Counted from the first letter of the stretch, positions 26,511 through 40,264 are shown. The stretch: DNA of 64,000 nucleotides from Vicugna vicugna (GCA_013265495.1 MU057651.1:2830948-2894947); one strand, 5' to 3'. Made by a program: numbers and translations. The notes: a model not told the origin generated them from the letters alone.

Positions 26511-27534
26511 AAGCTGACACTGGCAACCTGCTAAATGCCCCTCCCACAAAAATAAAGTCGTACGCAGTGCGATGAGATTTGTTTGCTGTTCTGTTTTTAA
26601 AGGACAGGCTGCATTTTCAGCATTTGGACAATCACGCATCCTGGTTGGCCTCAGTGTGTGAAAAAGCCAACCCTCGGGGCACCTCCAGTGGCACCTGGTT
26701 ATAAAAGTCTCCTTTCTGTCAGTCCCTCCATGTGGATTTTAATCCGCCTTCGCGAGCGATTTAACCAGCTTGCTTTGGGAAGACAGCAGCCTGCCCTGGG
26801 AGTTGCAAAACACAGACACACGTTCACACAAGTCCCTTCAAAAGGAGAGCCTCCTGCTCCAACGTGAGTGCGGACTGGACGTGCTGACACGCTTTGACTG
26901 AATGCGATGTGAGTGACAGAGCGTGACTTCTACAGGCAGGGCGACATCCGCCGTGACTCCTTCTTGCATCACGCACCCTGCAGAGTCGAGTCCCGCGTTG
27001 TAAGGAGACCCAAGCAGGCGTGTGGAGGGCCTGACCCACAAGCCCACAGCAACAATCACTCCCACCTACGTGCACGGAGCATCTCTGGGTACCACACGTG
27101 ACCCTGACCACCGAAAGCCGCAGCCTGGTCCCACCTGCCGCAGGACAGCACGCAACCCCCCCCTCCCGGGGAGCTCTCTCCTCTCACCTCCGCTCTGCCC
27201 TCTCCACCCGGCCCCCAAACCCTCTCCAACCGGCCTCTCCCCCTGTGGAGTAAAGGAAGCAGCCCCAGAACCACGACGGAGGCCAGACAGGATGCCCGGC
27301 ACACCCTCCCCCAGAAGGAGCAGAGACACCCTTCGATGTCCTTGAACACACCTGCCCGCACACCCCACCCCCAGGCACTGAGCATCCTGAAGACACTGAG
27401 GAATTTAACGAGGCTCCCGCATCCCACTGCCTGGTGGCCTGGGAGGGGCCGAGCGGGCGGTTAGCTAAGGACCCCATTTCCAAGGACTTTTGAAAATTCC
27501 TAGCCTCGATGCTGCTGTGAAACGGGAAAGAAAG

Positions 27535-27962
27535 AAATCTAGAGATTGTCATGCTGAGTGAAGTAAGTCAGACAAATATCATAGGACATCACTCATATGT
27601 GGAATAAAAAAAATGATAAAAATTCTATTTGCAAACCCAAAACAGACTCCTGAGCATAGAAAACAAACTGTGGTTACCAAATGGGAAGAGGGTGGGGAGG
27701 CCTAAATGAGGGGCTGGGGTTAGCAGACACACGCTGCTGCACATGAAACAGGTAAACAACAAGGCCGTCCTGGGGAGCACAGGGAACCATGGTCAATTCT
27801 GTGTAGTAACATATAATGGAAAAGCATCTGAAAAGAAAACATAACACATGTGTATGTATGTGTACGGCTGGATCGCTTTGCTGTGCACCTGAAACTTAGC
27901 ATCGTAAATCCACTACGGTTCAATACAATTTTTTTAATTAAAAAACAAATTTTTTTTAAAAA
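27535..27962 (+). mobile_element. L1 3' end, lineage-specific
   Basis: atgctgagtgaagtaagtcagac...gaaaacaaactgtggttacc...agcacagggaacc...poly-A. Confidence 0.85.
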
Positions 27963-30900
27963 AGAAGTGAATCAGTGGGGGCTCCAGAAATCCAGACTTT
28001 GCCTGCTTTCTGCCTGGTTCTCTCGCTCTGCCTGAGGTCGCAAGTTTCAAACTGGTGGCAGGAGTCACGAGACCCAAGCATGGGCCCGGGGTCCAGTGGG
28101 GACGGGCCTGCAGCCTGCCTGGAACGTCTCAGACCCCGATGGAGTGATCTCAGGGGGACCAGCACATGGGGTGACGGGTGGGGACAGCAGGAGGCTGGCA
28201 GTCCTGCTCTGAGAGTGACAGAACACCGTCACGACGGACAGTGCACAGGGAAGGTCACTGCGTGGCTCCCTGGCCAAAGGCGAGGGGTCTGTAACCCGGG
28301 GCAGGTGGGTTAACCTCTCTGGGATTTGTGCCCGCCTCCCCCAAAGGATGACAATAACCATGTCTACGTGCAGGTCTGCTGAGGGGGCTCTCAGCACAGA
28401 CGCCCCCACCCCAGATCCACAGACCAGCGCTGCCAGCACGCTGCGCGGCCAGGCCCCTTCCCCGACGGGGCACACGGACAATGTCCCTGCTCCCGCTGGC
28501 CCCAGGCCCGCTGCAGACACAGGACGGGCGTCTATGACCCCAGACCCAGCTGACGGGCCTTGCTCCTTCCTTCCTGCAGGACCACAGGTGTCACGGTTGG
28601 CCTCGGATTCACACGCGAAGCCCAGGGGACTGTCACGCCTGCCCAGGGTCCCGACACCGCGTCCTGAAGCTGAGCAAGACAGAGCGAGCCGACCAAGGTG
28701 ACACCCGGCAGGGCTTTAAGCGACTCTGGCCTCTCCACGGGCCGCCCTCAGTGTCCCCTGGGGCCCTCTGGGGTGTGTCCGGCCTGCGGGCCACCCCACG
28801 GTGGTGGGACAGGCCCTGGGCGTCCCCCGCCCTCCCTCCACCCCCAGTGGCCCCTCCCAGGGCGCTCTGTCTCCACCTTCTGCCCCAGACACATCCATCC
28901 ACGTTTCCACCCAGCTCCAAATCTAACCATCTCTTCCTCATCTCCTGGCTCCAAAGAGATGCCCCTTTGCAGTCAGGGCTGAAGCCCTCTCTTTATGTGG
29001 GTTTCAACTGGCCTTCAACGTCTTGGCTTCACCCGGGCCCCTCTGAACGCTCACCCCTGGGCTCGGAGGTGTCTGCAAACACTGAGGGTGGTCAGCTGCT
29101 AAGGGGGGCAAGAAAGGACGCCGTCAGGGCCACCACCCAGCTCTGCTGAGAAATTCTGCTCTAAGGTGTCCCACTGCCAGGCAAGACTGCTCATTTCCCT
29201 TCTAAGGAGCCACAGAGCTTTCCAATGCGGGGACCTCACCCACGTTCACTTCCATCCCCTGGTCATGAGTCTCGACTTCCATTTTAAAAGGAGACACAGT
29301 GCAGGACACAGAGCACGGCTGCCAGCGTGTGTCACCACCGTCACAAACACTCAGGCGCGGCGGTGACTCACGGTCTGGCATGCGCGACGTCCCTGGCTCG
29401 GTTTTCCCAGTGCTAACGCCGGGACCATGACAACAATACACCCCTCGCAGGGCCGCCCTTCTTAGAAATAAGTGGCTGTTTCCACTGCCCTGATCAGGGC
29501 GCGCACTTCATGAGTCAGAGCGTTTGGAAGAACAATGATAAATGCGTGTTTTTCCCCAAGCCTCGTTCCCAAGCTGATGCGACAGACCAGAATTTGAGGA
29601 AGACACTTTCGGGTTCACATGCAGAGAGCAGAGATGGAAAAGCATTTCATGCCCTTTCATAAAAGATAAAGAGACCGGAGACACGGTTGGACGCTGGCTG
29701 GAAAGCCCATCCTCCAAAACCAAAATCAACATCAAGGGACATGTCTGCTTTTGTGCACCTTGGGGACTGGGTGGGGTGCCAGGTGGCGGGTGACACCCCC
29801 CCACCTCGGGATGAAGGAGCAAAGGACACAGAGAACGCAGTCCAGTGGAGGCTGGTACCCACCCTCCATCCTAGTCATGAGGGGACCAAGGATGACAAGG
29901 CAGCCGGTCCAAGTGGCAGAGGGCGCACTTGAAAACCTTGTCTTCCCACCTGCCCCACTTTGCACCCACACCCCCACCCCTGGAAACGACCGGACAGCCC
30001 AGACCACCCGCTGCTCACACGAAGCTCCCAGCCCTGCAACACGGGGACCCTCCTGCAGAGCCAGGGGCGGTCTCCCCCTTGCAATGACAAATAACGTGCA
30101 ACCTGGTGAAAAAAATCTTTTTATCCCCAATGACCGGCCCCTTTTGCCCGCAGAAAATCAAGGAAAACAGGTTTTAATGCTAGGACTATGTAGCATTCTT
30201 AAAACACCCCCCACCCTAGCAGCTGAAGGAAAAAAAAAAAAAACGTGATGGGTGTGACACAGGCGTGCCGGGGAAGCCAGCTCCGTTGACAAACGTGTCA
30301 CCCGTGACTTGCCGGTCACCTGGTCGGCTAAAGTCTAAACGCTGACATGAGAGTCCTGGGTAATTTTAAACTCAGAAAATGGAAAGTCAACATCAAGACA
30401 GCATTCCAGGGGGAGGGGACAGCTCGGGGACAGAGCGCGTGCCTTGCAGGCAGGAGGCCCTGGGCCCCATCCTGAAGTGCCTCCATTTAGATAAATAAGT
30501 ATAATCAATGACCAGTAAATAAGTAAACTTAATTACCACCCCGTGGAAAAAAAAAAACAAAAAAAAAGAAGGAACATTCCAGACCTGTAATTTCCACCCC
30601 CACCCCGGGTTGCCATTCAGAGGCTTCCCCGAAGGAGCAATGTCTGCCACAGGCCAGCAGTGAAGATGGAGACACAAGAGGCATATTTTCCCCACTTTGC
30701 ACGTGACCCTTCTCAGTTATAAGGGACAGGAGATGGTTCCACACATGGCAGGGAAACTTCAGAGAGCGGGATTAAGTTATTTTTCTGAGCGTGACGAAAA
30801 ACAAGCTCAAAAAAGAAGGAAACAGGTGGAGGGGTGCTCTGCTGGCACAGAGCCTGGGGGTGGGGGCTCCGGGACCCCCCAGGGCCCCCCAGGTGGGCGC

Positions 30901-33900
30901 CAGTTGGATGGCGGTCATTTCCAGGTCCCTTGGCATCAGCTACACGACAGACCAGCGTCATCGGAGCCCATCAGGCGGAGGGGCCGCAAGTCAGCCACGA
31001 GGACCACTCCCATCGCCGCTCGCCCTCCTCCTGGCTCTGGGAGGCAGGGCTGCGGGTGTCACCCCAAGGAGGCCTGTGCAAGGTGCCCACCCACCCGCAG
31101 GGGAGGCAGGGAGGTCTGCCCCGCTCGCTGTGGCACTCACAGCTCGGACCCCGGTCCGGCCAAGGCCGCCCACAAGAAACCAGCAACCACGGGCCTGCTT
31201 CTGCATCGAGGGAGGGGAGCCCGTCTCGGGGGCAGAGCAGAGCTCGCGCTGTCATCAAACCTCTGGGCACAGGACACGGCGAGGTGAGCCACCCCCCGGG
31301 ACAAAAGGGAGGCTCTGACACGTTTATTAATTCATAAGCCAGGATCGCGCTGAACTGGGGGAGAAGGACGTCTGCATTCGAGGCCCCGCGTTCACCCACA
31401 AACACACTGTCTGTGCTCAACACGAGCTCCCATCACACCCCGCTCACCTCTTCCAAACACACCCCCACCCCAAGCATCTCAGGCTTGTGTGTCTGGAGAT
31501 GCGTCAGTCACCACGGTCACCATCAGGCAGGCGACGTCACGAATCTCCCGCCCAAGCAAGAAGCCAGACACATGCCCACGAGGGGACCGTTTCTGCAGAA
31601 AAAGGCCCTTGGTTCAGAAACAGCCCAGGGTCGCCACCTGCCACCCTGCGGACACCACACGGGCGGTTTTTGCAAAGAAGACTTTGGCAGCCGTGCCCCA
31701 GGCCTCTGCTCTGGGTGGTGCATGGAGAACGCAGCACGGGCCTGGGGGCTTCAGTCATGGGACAGCCCCACCCATCAGCCATGGAGAGAATCATTGCTGC
31801 CAACACTGCGGGGCCGCTGGGGGCCGGGGTCCCACCTCCCGGAGCAGGGCAGGTGGGAACATTATCCCGTCCGCTGGAAAACATCACTGCCCCAGAAGGC
31901 CAAACCGCTGACATGAGGTGAGGCGTTGCCAAAAGCATTCCTGGTGGAAAAACTCCTTTGGGCAAAATGTACAGCCAGCAAGGTGGCATTCCGAAAATGA
32001 GAAACGTTATGGTCAGTTAAAAAAAAACAAAAACAACAAAACGACAGAGGGAGCCGAAGAAAATACTTGAAATGGAAATCTTCAGTTTCAATGAGTTAAC
32101 TGTTAACCATCATCACGTAAGAAGTGGTTCAGACACGGAGTCGGAGAGAGAAGGTTTTCAATTCTCCCCAAAACCAATTTCACGCGGTAAATATACGCAG
32201 CAAGATCGACGGACGGGGGGCAGACGGATGGAGACACTCTGGGCAAGGTGCCACTCTCGGTGGCAAGTGCGACTTGGTGTCTTTCCAGCCTCGTGGCTTG
32301 TTTATTCAACCTTAGTGGGTTTTGTCCCCAGTGAACTGGGCTCCAGCCAACGAAACTATATTTAAGTCTCAAAAACCAGCCAAGGACCAGAAGCACACAC
32401 TTCTGGTGGTTATCGCTCCCTCCCGAGCTATTTTTAAATTCAATTCCCGAAACGTCAGGTTTGGAAAAAAAAAACAAACTGCCAAGGTCTGATGTGGCGA
32501 CCTGAGGTTTTGCCAAGTGCTGGACGGACGTGAGGCTTAAATGTCACGTCGCGCCCACGCGCACACCCGCCCAGACACACTCACCCTCGTGGTCCACCTT
32601 CCATCAAGGCGCCGAAGCTCGCTTTCTGGTCAAGCCTTTTGCACATCCCTGCGGAGTTAATACGCCTGGAATGTCTCTCTTTCGCTCCCTGATCAAAGGC
32701 GGAGTGGACCAGGGTACTGACCCCAGGACAAGCATCCTGCAGGGGTCCCCCCGTCCTCTAGGCCAGCTGTCTCCCCAGCCCGCCCAGCTCTCCAGGCAGG
32801 AACCCCGATTTTCGTGCTACAGCCACCGCGGGGACCAGGCTTGGGAGTCCTCCTCTGTCCCCACGTCTCCGGGCCGGTGACCATCCTGAACAAGGGCACA
32901 CAGAAGAAACCTGCGGGGCCCTGATCTGCTCCGGACAAAGGCCGAGTGGACTCCAGCCCTGGGCACAGAGCTCCCCTGGATGGCACATGGTGGGGGGACC
33001 CCATCTTCCCTGCTTTGGACGCACAGGGGGCCTGCCGTCCAGAGATGCCAGCTGCCCATGGGACTCAGTGTCACAGACCCGCAGCCACACTGTGGACCCT
33101 GCACCAGCTCTGGGGAAAGTGATCATGTGTTCCTCGCAGAGGTCAAGAGGATGCCAGGAGCCCCGTTTTGAAGAAACCCGGGGTCTCCCAGGATTCTGGA
33201 GGACAAGGAGGGGCACAGCCCCGTGACTTGTCCACCCACCTTCGCTGAAGACCCTCCAGCTCTTACAGAGAGTCAGACCCACCAGAGCACCAGCGAAGGC
33301 TGGTTCAGGATGGACAGGGGACAGGGATGAATGGAGAGGTGGCACTGCACGCCCACTGGGGTGCCGCTGGCCACCCCTGGTTATTCACCCTTCAATTAAT
33401 GAGCACGAAAGAAAGTGAGAAACTCAGCGCTCAGAGGGTCCCTTTAATGTTGCACAACTGACACCGGGAGCCAAATCTTCTTCCTGAGTCAGTATGCTTC
33501 CCACTAAGCCAGCCCGTCTGCCTCCGATGGGAGAAAGTCAGACAGGATTAAGGGCCGAGCACCAGGCGTTCCCAATCAGGGAAGGATTCACCCCACGTGG
33601 CCCAGTGGGGGTGTGAGTATGTCCATGTGTGTCCACAGAGAGCCGCAGCCCACTGTCCTCCATCTGGGGGGAGAGCAATGAACCAGGCCCCCCGGTTTAC
33701 CTGGCTCCTTTTGGGGGATGTGTGTCTGATTTTTTGAAAAGGGTTAAGGACTCCAGTGACCTTTCTGAAGCCATCAGTGTCTCTCAAAATGCCCTCACTT
33801 GCTTTGGGGGAAGTGGGGATTGGATCCTGCAAAAATGCTTGTGCCCAAAGCCTTCGTGATCCTGGAACAGGACTCACCAAATGGACCAAAATAAAGCACA

Positions 33901-34528
33901 TCTGAGCCGTAGCTTGAAAAGCTTTCCTGGTTTTCCTTTTTTGAAATAGAAATGTTTTCGGATGTGGAATTTATCCTAATTGGACGTGGCCGGTAGAAGA
34001 CACGGTCCTGGTAAGCAACAGCTCAGCATCTAATTAGGGGGGCCAGATAAAAGGGTGTGAAAACCCTTAAGGGGGCAGCGTGCCCCCCAAGCCGGGGAAG
34101 CGAGCATCCCGCCAGAAGTGTGGGACCGTCCCTGAGACTGGCAGGAGGACCCGGAGATGCGGCTGGAGACGCAGCCCAGAGTACGTAGCAAAATCTAGTT
34201 TAGAATGAACACCGTTAGGACCTGAAGACAATTACCGTCACGAGCTTGGCAGAAGAGCAAATGGAGCCACACGAAGTACAAGAGAGAAAGAAGTTTAACC
34301 CTAAGACTGGAAGAGACAGGCGGAAAATCAGGAACCATGGGAACAGGAAGGAGAAGTGATAAAGGACGACACGGCCGTGAACTCAGGTGCAGAAAGCCAC
34401 GCAGGGGCTCTGAGCAGCAAACCCTTCGGTGACAGGGGAACTGAGGAAGCAAAGGGTAGAAGATGGGGGGGATTTAAATTACTCAATGCATAAAATCCAC
34501 AGACCCCAGAAGTGAATGTAAACGAGGA

Positions 34529-34630
34529 GGGGAGGGGGTAGCCCAGGGGTGGAGCGCGTGGTTAGCATGCATGAGGTCCTGGGTTCAATCCCCAGCTCCT
34601 CCTCTAAGAATAAATAGTAAATAAATCTAA
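34529..34630 (+). mobile_element. tRNA-derived camelid SINE (Vic-1-like)
   Basis: A/B-box head plus A-rich tail. Confidence 0.85.
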
Positions 34631-35152
34631 ATCAGAACCACACATTCCTATGTTTTAAGTTTGCACAGCTTCGCTCTAAACCCTGCTTTGGTATCAAATA
34701 TTCCTGCTCGCTCTTTAAAACGTACAATCAGTTACAAATTGACACATTGACACGTCACGGTACATTTAATAACTTGTCACAAAAGGCCTAGAAAGCTACG
34801 CTGCTCACTGGCAGGTGGGCAGAGTCTGCAATCACTGCATCCTGAGGAATCACGGAAGCCGTGCTGGGTGCTCACAAATTAGGACTTCCTTCCCAGGTCC
34901 CAGGTTAAAGAGGCCACTGGACCCAGACCTGCAGGAGGGGTGTCACTCCGCCTGGGCCCGGTCCAATAATAATGCTCTGCCCTGCCAGGCCCCCGGGAAA
35001 GTCACGCACAGAGGGACGGAGGAGGGCTTACAGGCTGCAGCTCCTGCAGGCAGGGGAAACCCAGCATTGCACAAACCTTCGCATCAAACATAGTCACACA
35101 CGCGCTCCATCGCCCTTACACGACCATCGAGAAATATTTATAATGTTCTGGT

Positions 35153-35283
35153 GGGGAGGGTATAGCTCGGTGGTAAATGTGTGCTTAGTAGGCACGAGGT
35201 CCTGGGTTCAGTCACCAGTCCCGCCTCTAAACATAAATAAACCTGATTACCTCTCCCCACAAAATTAAAATAATTAAATTAAA
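35153..35283 (+). mobile_element. tRNA-derived camelid SINE (Vic-1-like)
   Basis: ggggagggtatagctcggtggt...aaacctgattacctctcccc tail. Confidence 0.85.
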
Positions 35284-35296
35284 TTCAGTTTTAAAA

Positions 35297-35411
35297 GGGG
35301 GAAGGGTAGAGCTCAGTGGTAAAGTGTGTGCCTAGAATGCACGGGGTCCTGGGTTCAATCCCCCCATACCTCCACGAAAGGAAAGAAGAAAGAAAGAAAG
35401 AAAAGAAAGGA

Positions 35412-35443
<32 letters not shown>

Positions 35444-35535
35444 AACCTAATTACCACCCCTAAAAAAGAAAAAAATAAATAAACCACCCAAAGGAAATCT
35501 CTAAAAATTAAAAAAAATAGTGAAAATAAAAATAA
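35297..35535 (+). mobile_element. tRNA-derived camelid SINE with internal (GAAA)n expansion
   Basis: SINE head, (gaaa)n at ~35378-35445, then aacctaattaccacccc tail. Confidence 0.85.
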
Positions 35536-35769
35536 GATACTCTAAGATTACCTGATACACTGTCACCCAGAAACGCCCCACTCCTCGAAGGTAGTAGGAA
35601 CAGCTAGAATTTCAAAAGTGTCAAAGCCCTGGGCCCACTTCCCACTCGCCATCAAACAATACCTGACTTTTACTCTTTATATTTTTTAATTAATTAATTA
35701 ATTTATTTATTTATTTATTTTAATTTATTTACCATGTTGTGTTTGTTTCTGGTGTACAGCACAGTGATT

Positions 35770-36200
35770 CAGTTATATATAATATAAAATATATATATAT
35801 AAAAGATATATAATACAACATACATAGAAGATATATGTAATATTATATATAATATATGTATATAAAATATACAAGATACATATAAAATATGTATAATATA
35901 TGTATATGAGATATCATACATATAATATATGTATATAAGATACATAATGTATATAAGATGTATAATATAAAATATGTATATAAGATGTATGCAATATGAT
36001 TTATACATAAGGTATATATAAGATATATATAAAATACACATATATAAGATATACGATATAAGCTATGTATATAAGATACATACAAGACATATAAGATATA
36101 ACAAAATATATAACGTGTATAAGATACATAATGTATATAAGATACATAATGTATGTAAGATACATAACGTATATAAGACGTGTATATAATACAATGCATG
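35770..36200. repeat. AT-rich degenerate minisatellite (~18-bp unit tataagatacataatgta) inside an antisense L1 3' tail
   Basis: Read directly. Flanked by L1-tail sequence at 35678-35770 and 36200-36235. Confidence 0.85.
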
Positions 36201-39200
36201 CATATTCTTTCCCATTACAGCTTACTAGGAGCCATTATAATGTTTACATCCGTAAATGAGCTGCCGACACACAGCAGAGTGTAGAAGCCACATCTTACAG
36301 ATACAGCTCCAACTAAATGGGAAGACTTTAACGTAACACATGATCACCCAGGCTGCCGCTTGTCAGGGTGTAGACACGCTCTCTGATGGGTGAGCCCAAA
36401 GCCTAGAAACCTTTAAGGCAAAGGCCCGGCAGCCTCACCCTGCCGTGGGGACCCGCACCTGCTGGCAGCCCCCTGGCTCCGCGCGCCCACGCGGGGAGCG
36501 AAGGGCAAGGCCGGGCTGGGCAGGGCCGCGGGCCTCCAGCGCCCAACCCTGTACCTGGAGGCGGGGCGGGGGGGGTTGTCAGGACTGGAGCAGCTCAAGT
36601 TACCCGCTTTGAAGACTATTTCAAAAACGACTTCTTCTACTAATTTGATTCAAGACATAGAAACTGACGCGGAGAAATGCCTACAGGAAGCATGCGTTCC
36701 GGTGGGGCTGATCGGCAAGTGTCCACTGGTCTTTACGTAAACAGGCAGCCTGAAGGCGGCCAGAGAGCAAATGCACCAGCTGTTCAGACATTTCATGTCA
36801 CATTTATTCTACAGAAATATGTGATTCCACCCTAGGAAAAAAATTTCCCGGTATCCCGCCCAACTGGCAACCTCCTGTCTCTTATGTACGCCGTCCGGCG
36901 GGGAAGTTAAGCCCGTGTCCATAAAAAACCAACCACTAGGATGATCTCACAAACGCTCACAGAACTGAAGCAAGCCAGTGAACTCGGCCTTAAATGGACT
37001 TAAAGATATTTCAAAACTTCACCCAAAGTAATTGCCTTTACTCGCAGTCTCGAATATTCAATCAGTGACGGTACCTCCACTGAGCTCTGACATCTCCGAA
37101 AAGTCACATCAAGTCTGCCTTGTTACTTTTTGCATATGTCGTCCTTCCTGCAAGAAGGCTTTTCCCACTTTCCCAGACACTTTTAAGTTAGGCCTAAGTG
37201 TTCATTCTCATGGAATTACCGGTAAAAACACACAATTTCGATCCAACAAAAAAATGCAGACTTGTGTTCTCGACGAAGGTGACTAACCACCACGCATGTG
37301 GTCATTTATTCTGACACACGAGCGGGGAGTTTGCATCCGCCGATGCCTCTGGCCTTTCAGGAATTCTCAAGAAGGGCTGCTGGACACCTTGTTCTGGGAC
37401 GCGAAATCTCCTTCATTCATTGTCCCATCCAGCCCATTTTCATGCGACACACGACCAAGCGTTAGTTCCAGGGAGAGGCAATAACACCAAAGTCGTCCCA
37501 TCTGTTGTTTCCTAGCGCGTGGGAAAGGGAGCGCTCACTGAGTGTAAGTTGACCGCCAATCACTGCAGCATCAGAGAAAAAAACAAATTTCCCTGGAGCG
37601 CTGCCTTATCCTCAAGCAACTACAGAAACAGGTCAGAGAAGAGGAAACTGTAATTTCAGGGGCGAACCCCCAGAACCCGACGGCCACCACTAACGTCCCA
37701 AAGCGCCAGGAATTTCACGTCCACACCTCTCCTTCCCGTTAGACAAAACAACACACCTAAATTACATAAAATATATATATTTTTAAAAAACCAAGACCAT
37801 TTCTTTCCTCTGATATTTTCCTGATGCACCGAAAGGTACTAAAACAAACGTCAAATGGTAAAATAATTGGGAACAACAGAAATAAAAGAATATATCTACA
37901 TGCTTGGACGAAGACGTTCAAACAGGCAGATCAGATGCGCCGGATGTGAGTGTGGGGAGTCAAAGGCGTTAATAAAAACAGTCTCAGTTTTGCCATCACA
38001 GCCACAGCGGAGTTTCCCCCGGGGACCCAGACGTGAAGGCCGACCAGAACTCTCCAAAGCGCTGTGAGCCAGACCTCTTGTCTTTATTTCCCTCTTGCTT
38101 ACCTGGTACCACACTGGGAAGAGCGTCCGGGCCTTAGGACTGAACGTTACACGTCCACAATCAGATTCTTTTAAAGGATTTTACAAATGCTTTCTGGACA
38201 CGATTTTGCTGGCCTCTTAAATAATTCTCTCTTCCCATATATATATTTATAAGCCACTAGTACCCGAATGATTCAGTTTCCGTAAATGGGCGCATTAAAT
38301 TGGGCTCGTAAAGCGACCGATTTAAAGGTAATTCTATTTCACGTTTCCCTACGTCATCCGGGGATGCCCGCTACCCTGAAACGGGACTTCCCACCCACAC
38401 TGATTTTCCTTTTGGGAGATTTGTTTGTTCAAAGGGAATTACATAACCGCCACTAAGCACCCTGCACAAAGGACAGAAAAAAAAAAAGTTCTTTTTAACA
38501 ATCTTCAGCTTCATGATTATTTGATTTGCTAACCTGGCTCATTTTTTCCTGGCATTAAAGGGAGAGTTTGGGGTGGGGGGAGCCTGTTTTGAAAATCTTT
38601 TGTGGACTTGGGCGACACCGCGGCCTGTGGGCACACCCGGGCAGGGTGAGTCAGTGGGACACACTCGCAAAGAAAAGAGATTAGTTGTCCCCAAGGCTGC
38701 CTCGTTGGAGACCAGTTGCTCCAGCGGAAAAGAGGGCCCATTTGGAAAGCAGGTGCAGGGCCCACCCCAGCCCCTCATTCCATTTGCAGGACTCATCACA
38801 CACTTGCTCCAGGCCGGCGACAGGGTTCACAGGTCCTCGGTGCGCCCGGCGGAGCGCGCGACCCCGGAGCGCAGCGGCCACCAGGCCCGGCTGGGTTGTG
38901 CACGGTTCAAACCCCGGCTCAGTATCCGATTAAAGGGCAGGGCTGTTTTCCTCCTGGGAGGGAAGTTACTGTTTCTGGGAGTAAAATGTGAACGCGACAT
39001 GGAATCCCCACACGCGAGGTGCGGGGATGGAAAACAGACACCGCGGAGGTCGGGGCACAGGTACCTCCAGGCGGGCAGGGATGGAAGCCCTGACTTTACT
39101 CCGATGCTGGGGTCCCCACCTCGGGCCCGGGCCCGTCCCGCCTGTCCACGGTGCGCGGGAACCCCGAAAAGGAAGCAGGACAGGAGGAAGAGGGGTCATG

Positions 39201-39635
39201 GAAACCTCCAGGCCAGTGCGCTCTCCCCAGCCCTCCCGAGCCCGCGGGACCCACGCGCCTCCGGGGTCCCGGAACCTGCTCCCTGCTGTCAATTTGCGGG
39301 GAAGGAAGAGCGGGCGGTGCGGCGCGGGACCGTGCCCGGTGCGCGGTGACAAGGCTGGAACGCGCCACCGGGCAGCAAGTCAGCAGCCGGGCTGGGCCCG
39401 GGTCTCCCTCCGCCTCCCCACCCTCCCCGGGGACACCCTCGCGGCTCGCTGCGGGTCCCGCCCGCGCAAAGGGCTCCGGCCTCGGCCCGACACTGTTACC
39501 TGGGCGACGGCCCGGGCGCACAAAGGACACGGCCCCCTCCCCCCAGCTGGGCGCCGGGGCGGGGACGCCCCCGAGCCCGGAGCGCGCGGGGCGGGCGCGG
39601 GAGTCCCAGCCCAGCGAGGCCCGGGGGCCGCTTAC

Positions 39636-39676
39636 CCGGTGGGCGGCTTGGCGGCCGAGGCGCGCGCCGCGTCCAT
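39636..39676 (-). CDS. COBL: Cordon-bleu WH2 repeat protein (actin nucleator), first coding exon, 41 nt
   Basis: Minus strand reads gccggctccATGG ACGCGGCGCGCGCCTCGGCCGCCAAGCCGCCCACCGG|gtaagc, i.e. MDAARASAAKPPTG. This matches the N-terminus I recall for human COBL (MDAPRASAAKPPTG). It has a good Kozak context, a canonical phase-2 GT donor at 39634-39635 and lies in a CpG island. Confidence 0.93.
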
Positions 39677-39751
39677 GGAGCCGGCGGCCGGGGTGCGGGG
39701 CGCGGGCGGGGCTCGGGCCCGGCGGGTCAGGCGCTCGCTGCCGCCGCCGCC

Positions 39752-39969
39752 NNNNNNNNNNNNNNNNNNNNNNNNNNNNNNNNNNNNNNNNNNNNNNNNN
39801 NNNNNNNNNNNNNNNNNNNNNNNNNNNNNNNNNNNNNNNNNNNNNNNNNNNNNNNNNNNNNNNNNNNNNNNNNNNNNNNNNNNNNNNNNNNNNNNNNNNN
39901 NNNNNNNNNNNNNNNNNNNNNNNNNNNNNNNNNNNNNNNNNNNNNNNNNNNNNNNNNNNNNNNNNNNNN
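39752..39969. other. Assembly gap (218 N) in the COBL 5'UTR/promoter
   Basis: Run of N flanked by (gcc)n on both sides. Confidence 1.
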
Positions 39970-40060
39970 GGCGCCGCCGCCCGGCTTCTCGGCGGCCCTC
40001 GGCTCCGGGGAGGCCGTGCGGCGCGCTGCGGGCGGGGCGGGGGGTGGGGGTCCCCGGATC

Positions 40061-40090
<30 letters not shown>
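40061..40090. repeat. (GCG)10 trinucleotide repeat
   Basis: Perfect gcg x10 read directly. Confidence 0.95.
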
Positions 40091-40091
<1 letters not shown>

Positions 40092-40264
40092 GGAGGAGCC
40101 GCGGAGCGGGGAGCCACCTGGCCTTGGAGGGGCCGGGCGAGGGCTAGGTGGGCGGGCCCGCGCCAGGACCGAGGTCGGGGACCGAGCAGGGAGCGAGCGG
40201 GGCCGCTCTGGCAGCCCCGCAGCCCCACGGAGCCTCCACCCGTGCCGCGGATCTCCGGGGCCCT

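Larger units (their letters stand above)
1..39635 (-). other. COBL: COBL intron 1 (partial; continues beyond the window start)
   Basis: Follows the exon-1 donor. The expected exon-2 peptide (MKARAPPPPGK..., long enough to appear in the ORF track) is absent from all minus-strand ORFs. Confidence 0.8.

Noticed and set aside
30514..30570. aaacttaattaccacccc plus A-run as a distinct element
   Set aside because: It matches the tail of the same SINE family and is a 5'-truncated copy.
34529..35380. tRNA genes
   Set aside because: The A/B-box heads continue into SINE tails and lack an intact cloverleaf, so they are SINEs.
24518..35535. Inverted SINE pairs forming dsRNA in COBL pre-mRNA
   Set aside because: About 10 kb apart, short and diverged, so efficient pairing is unlikely.
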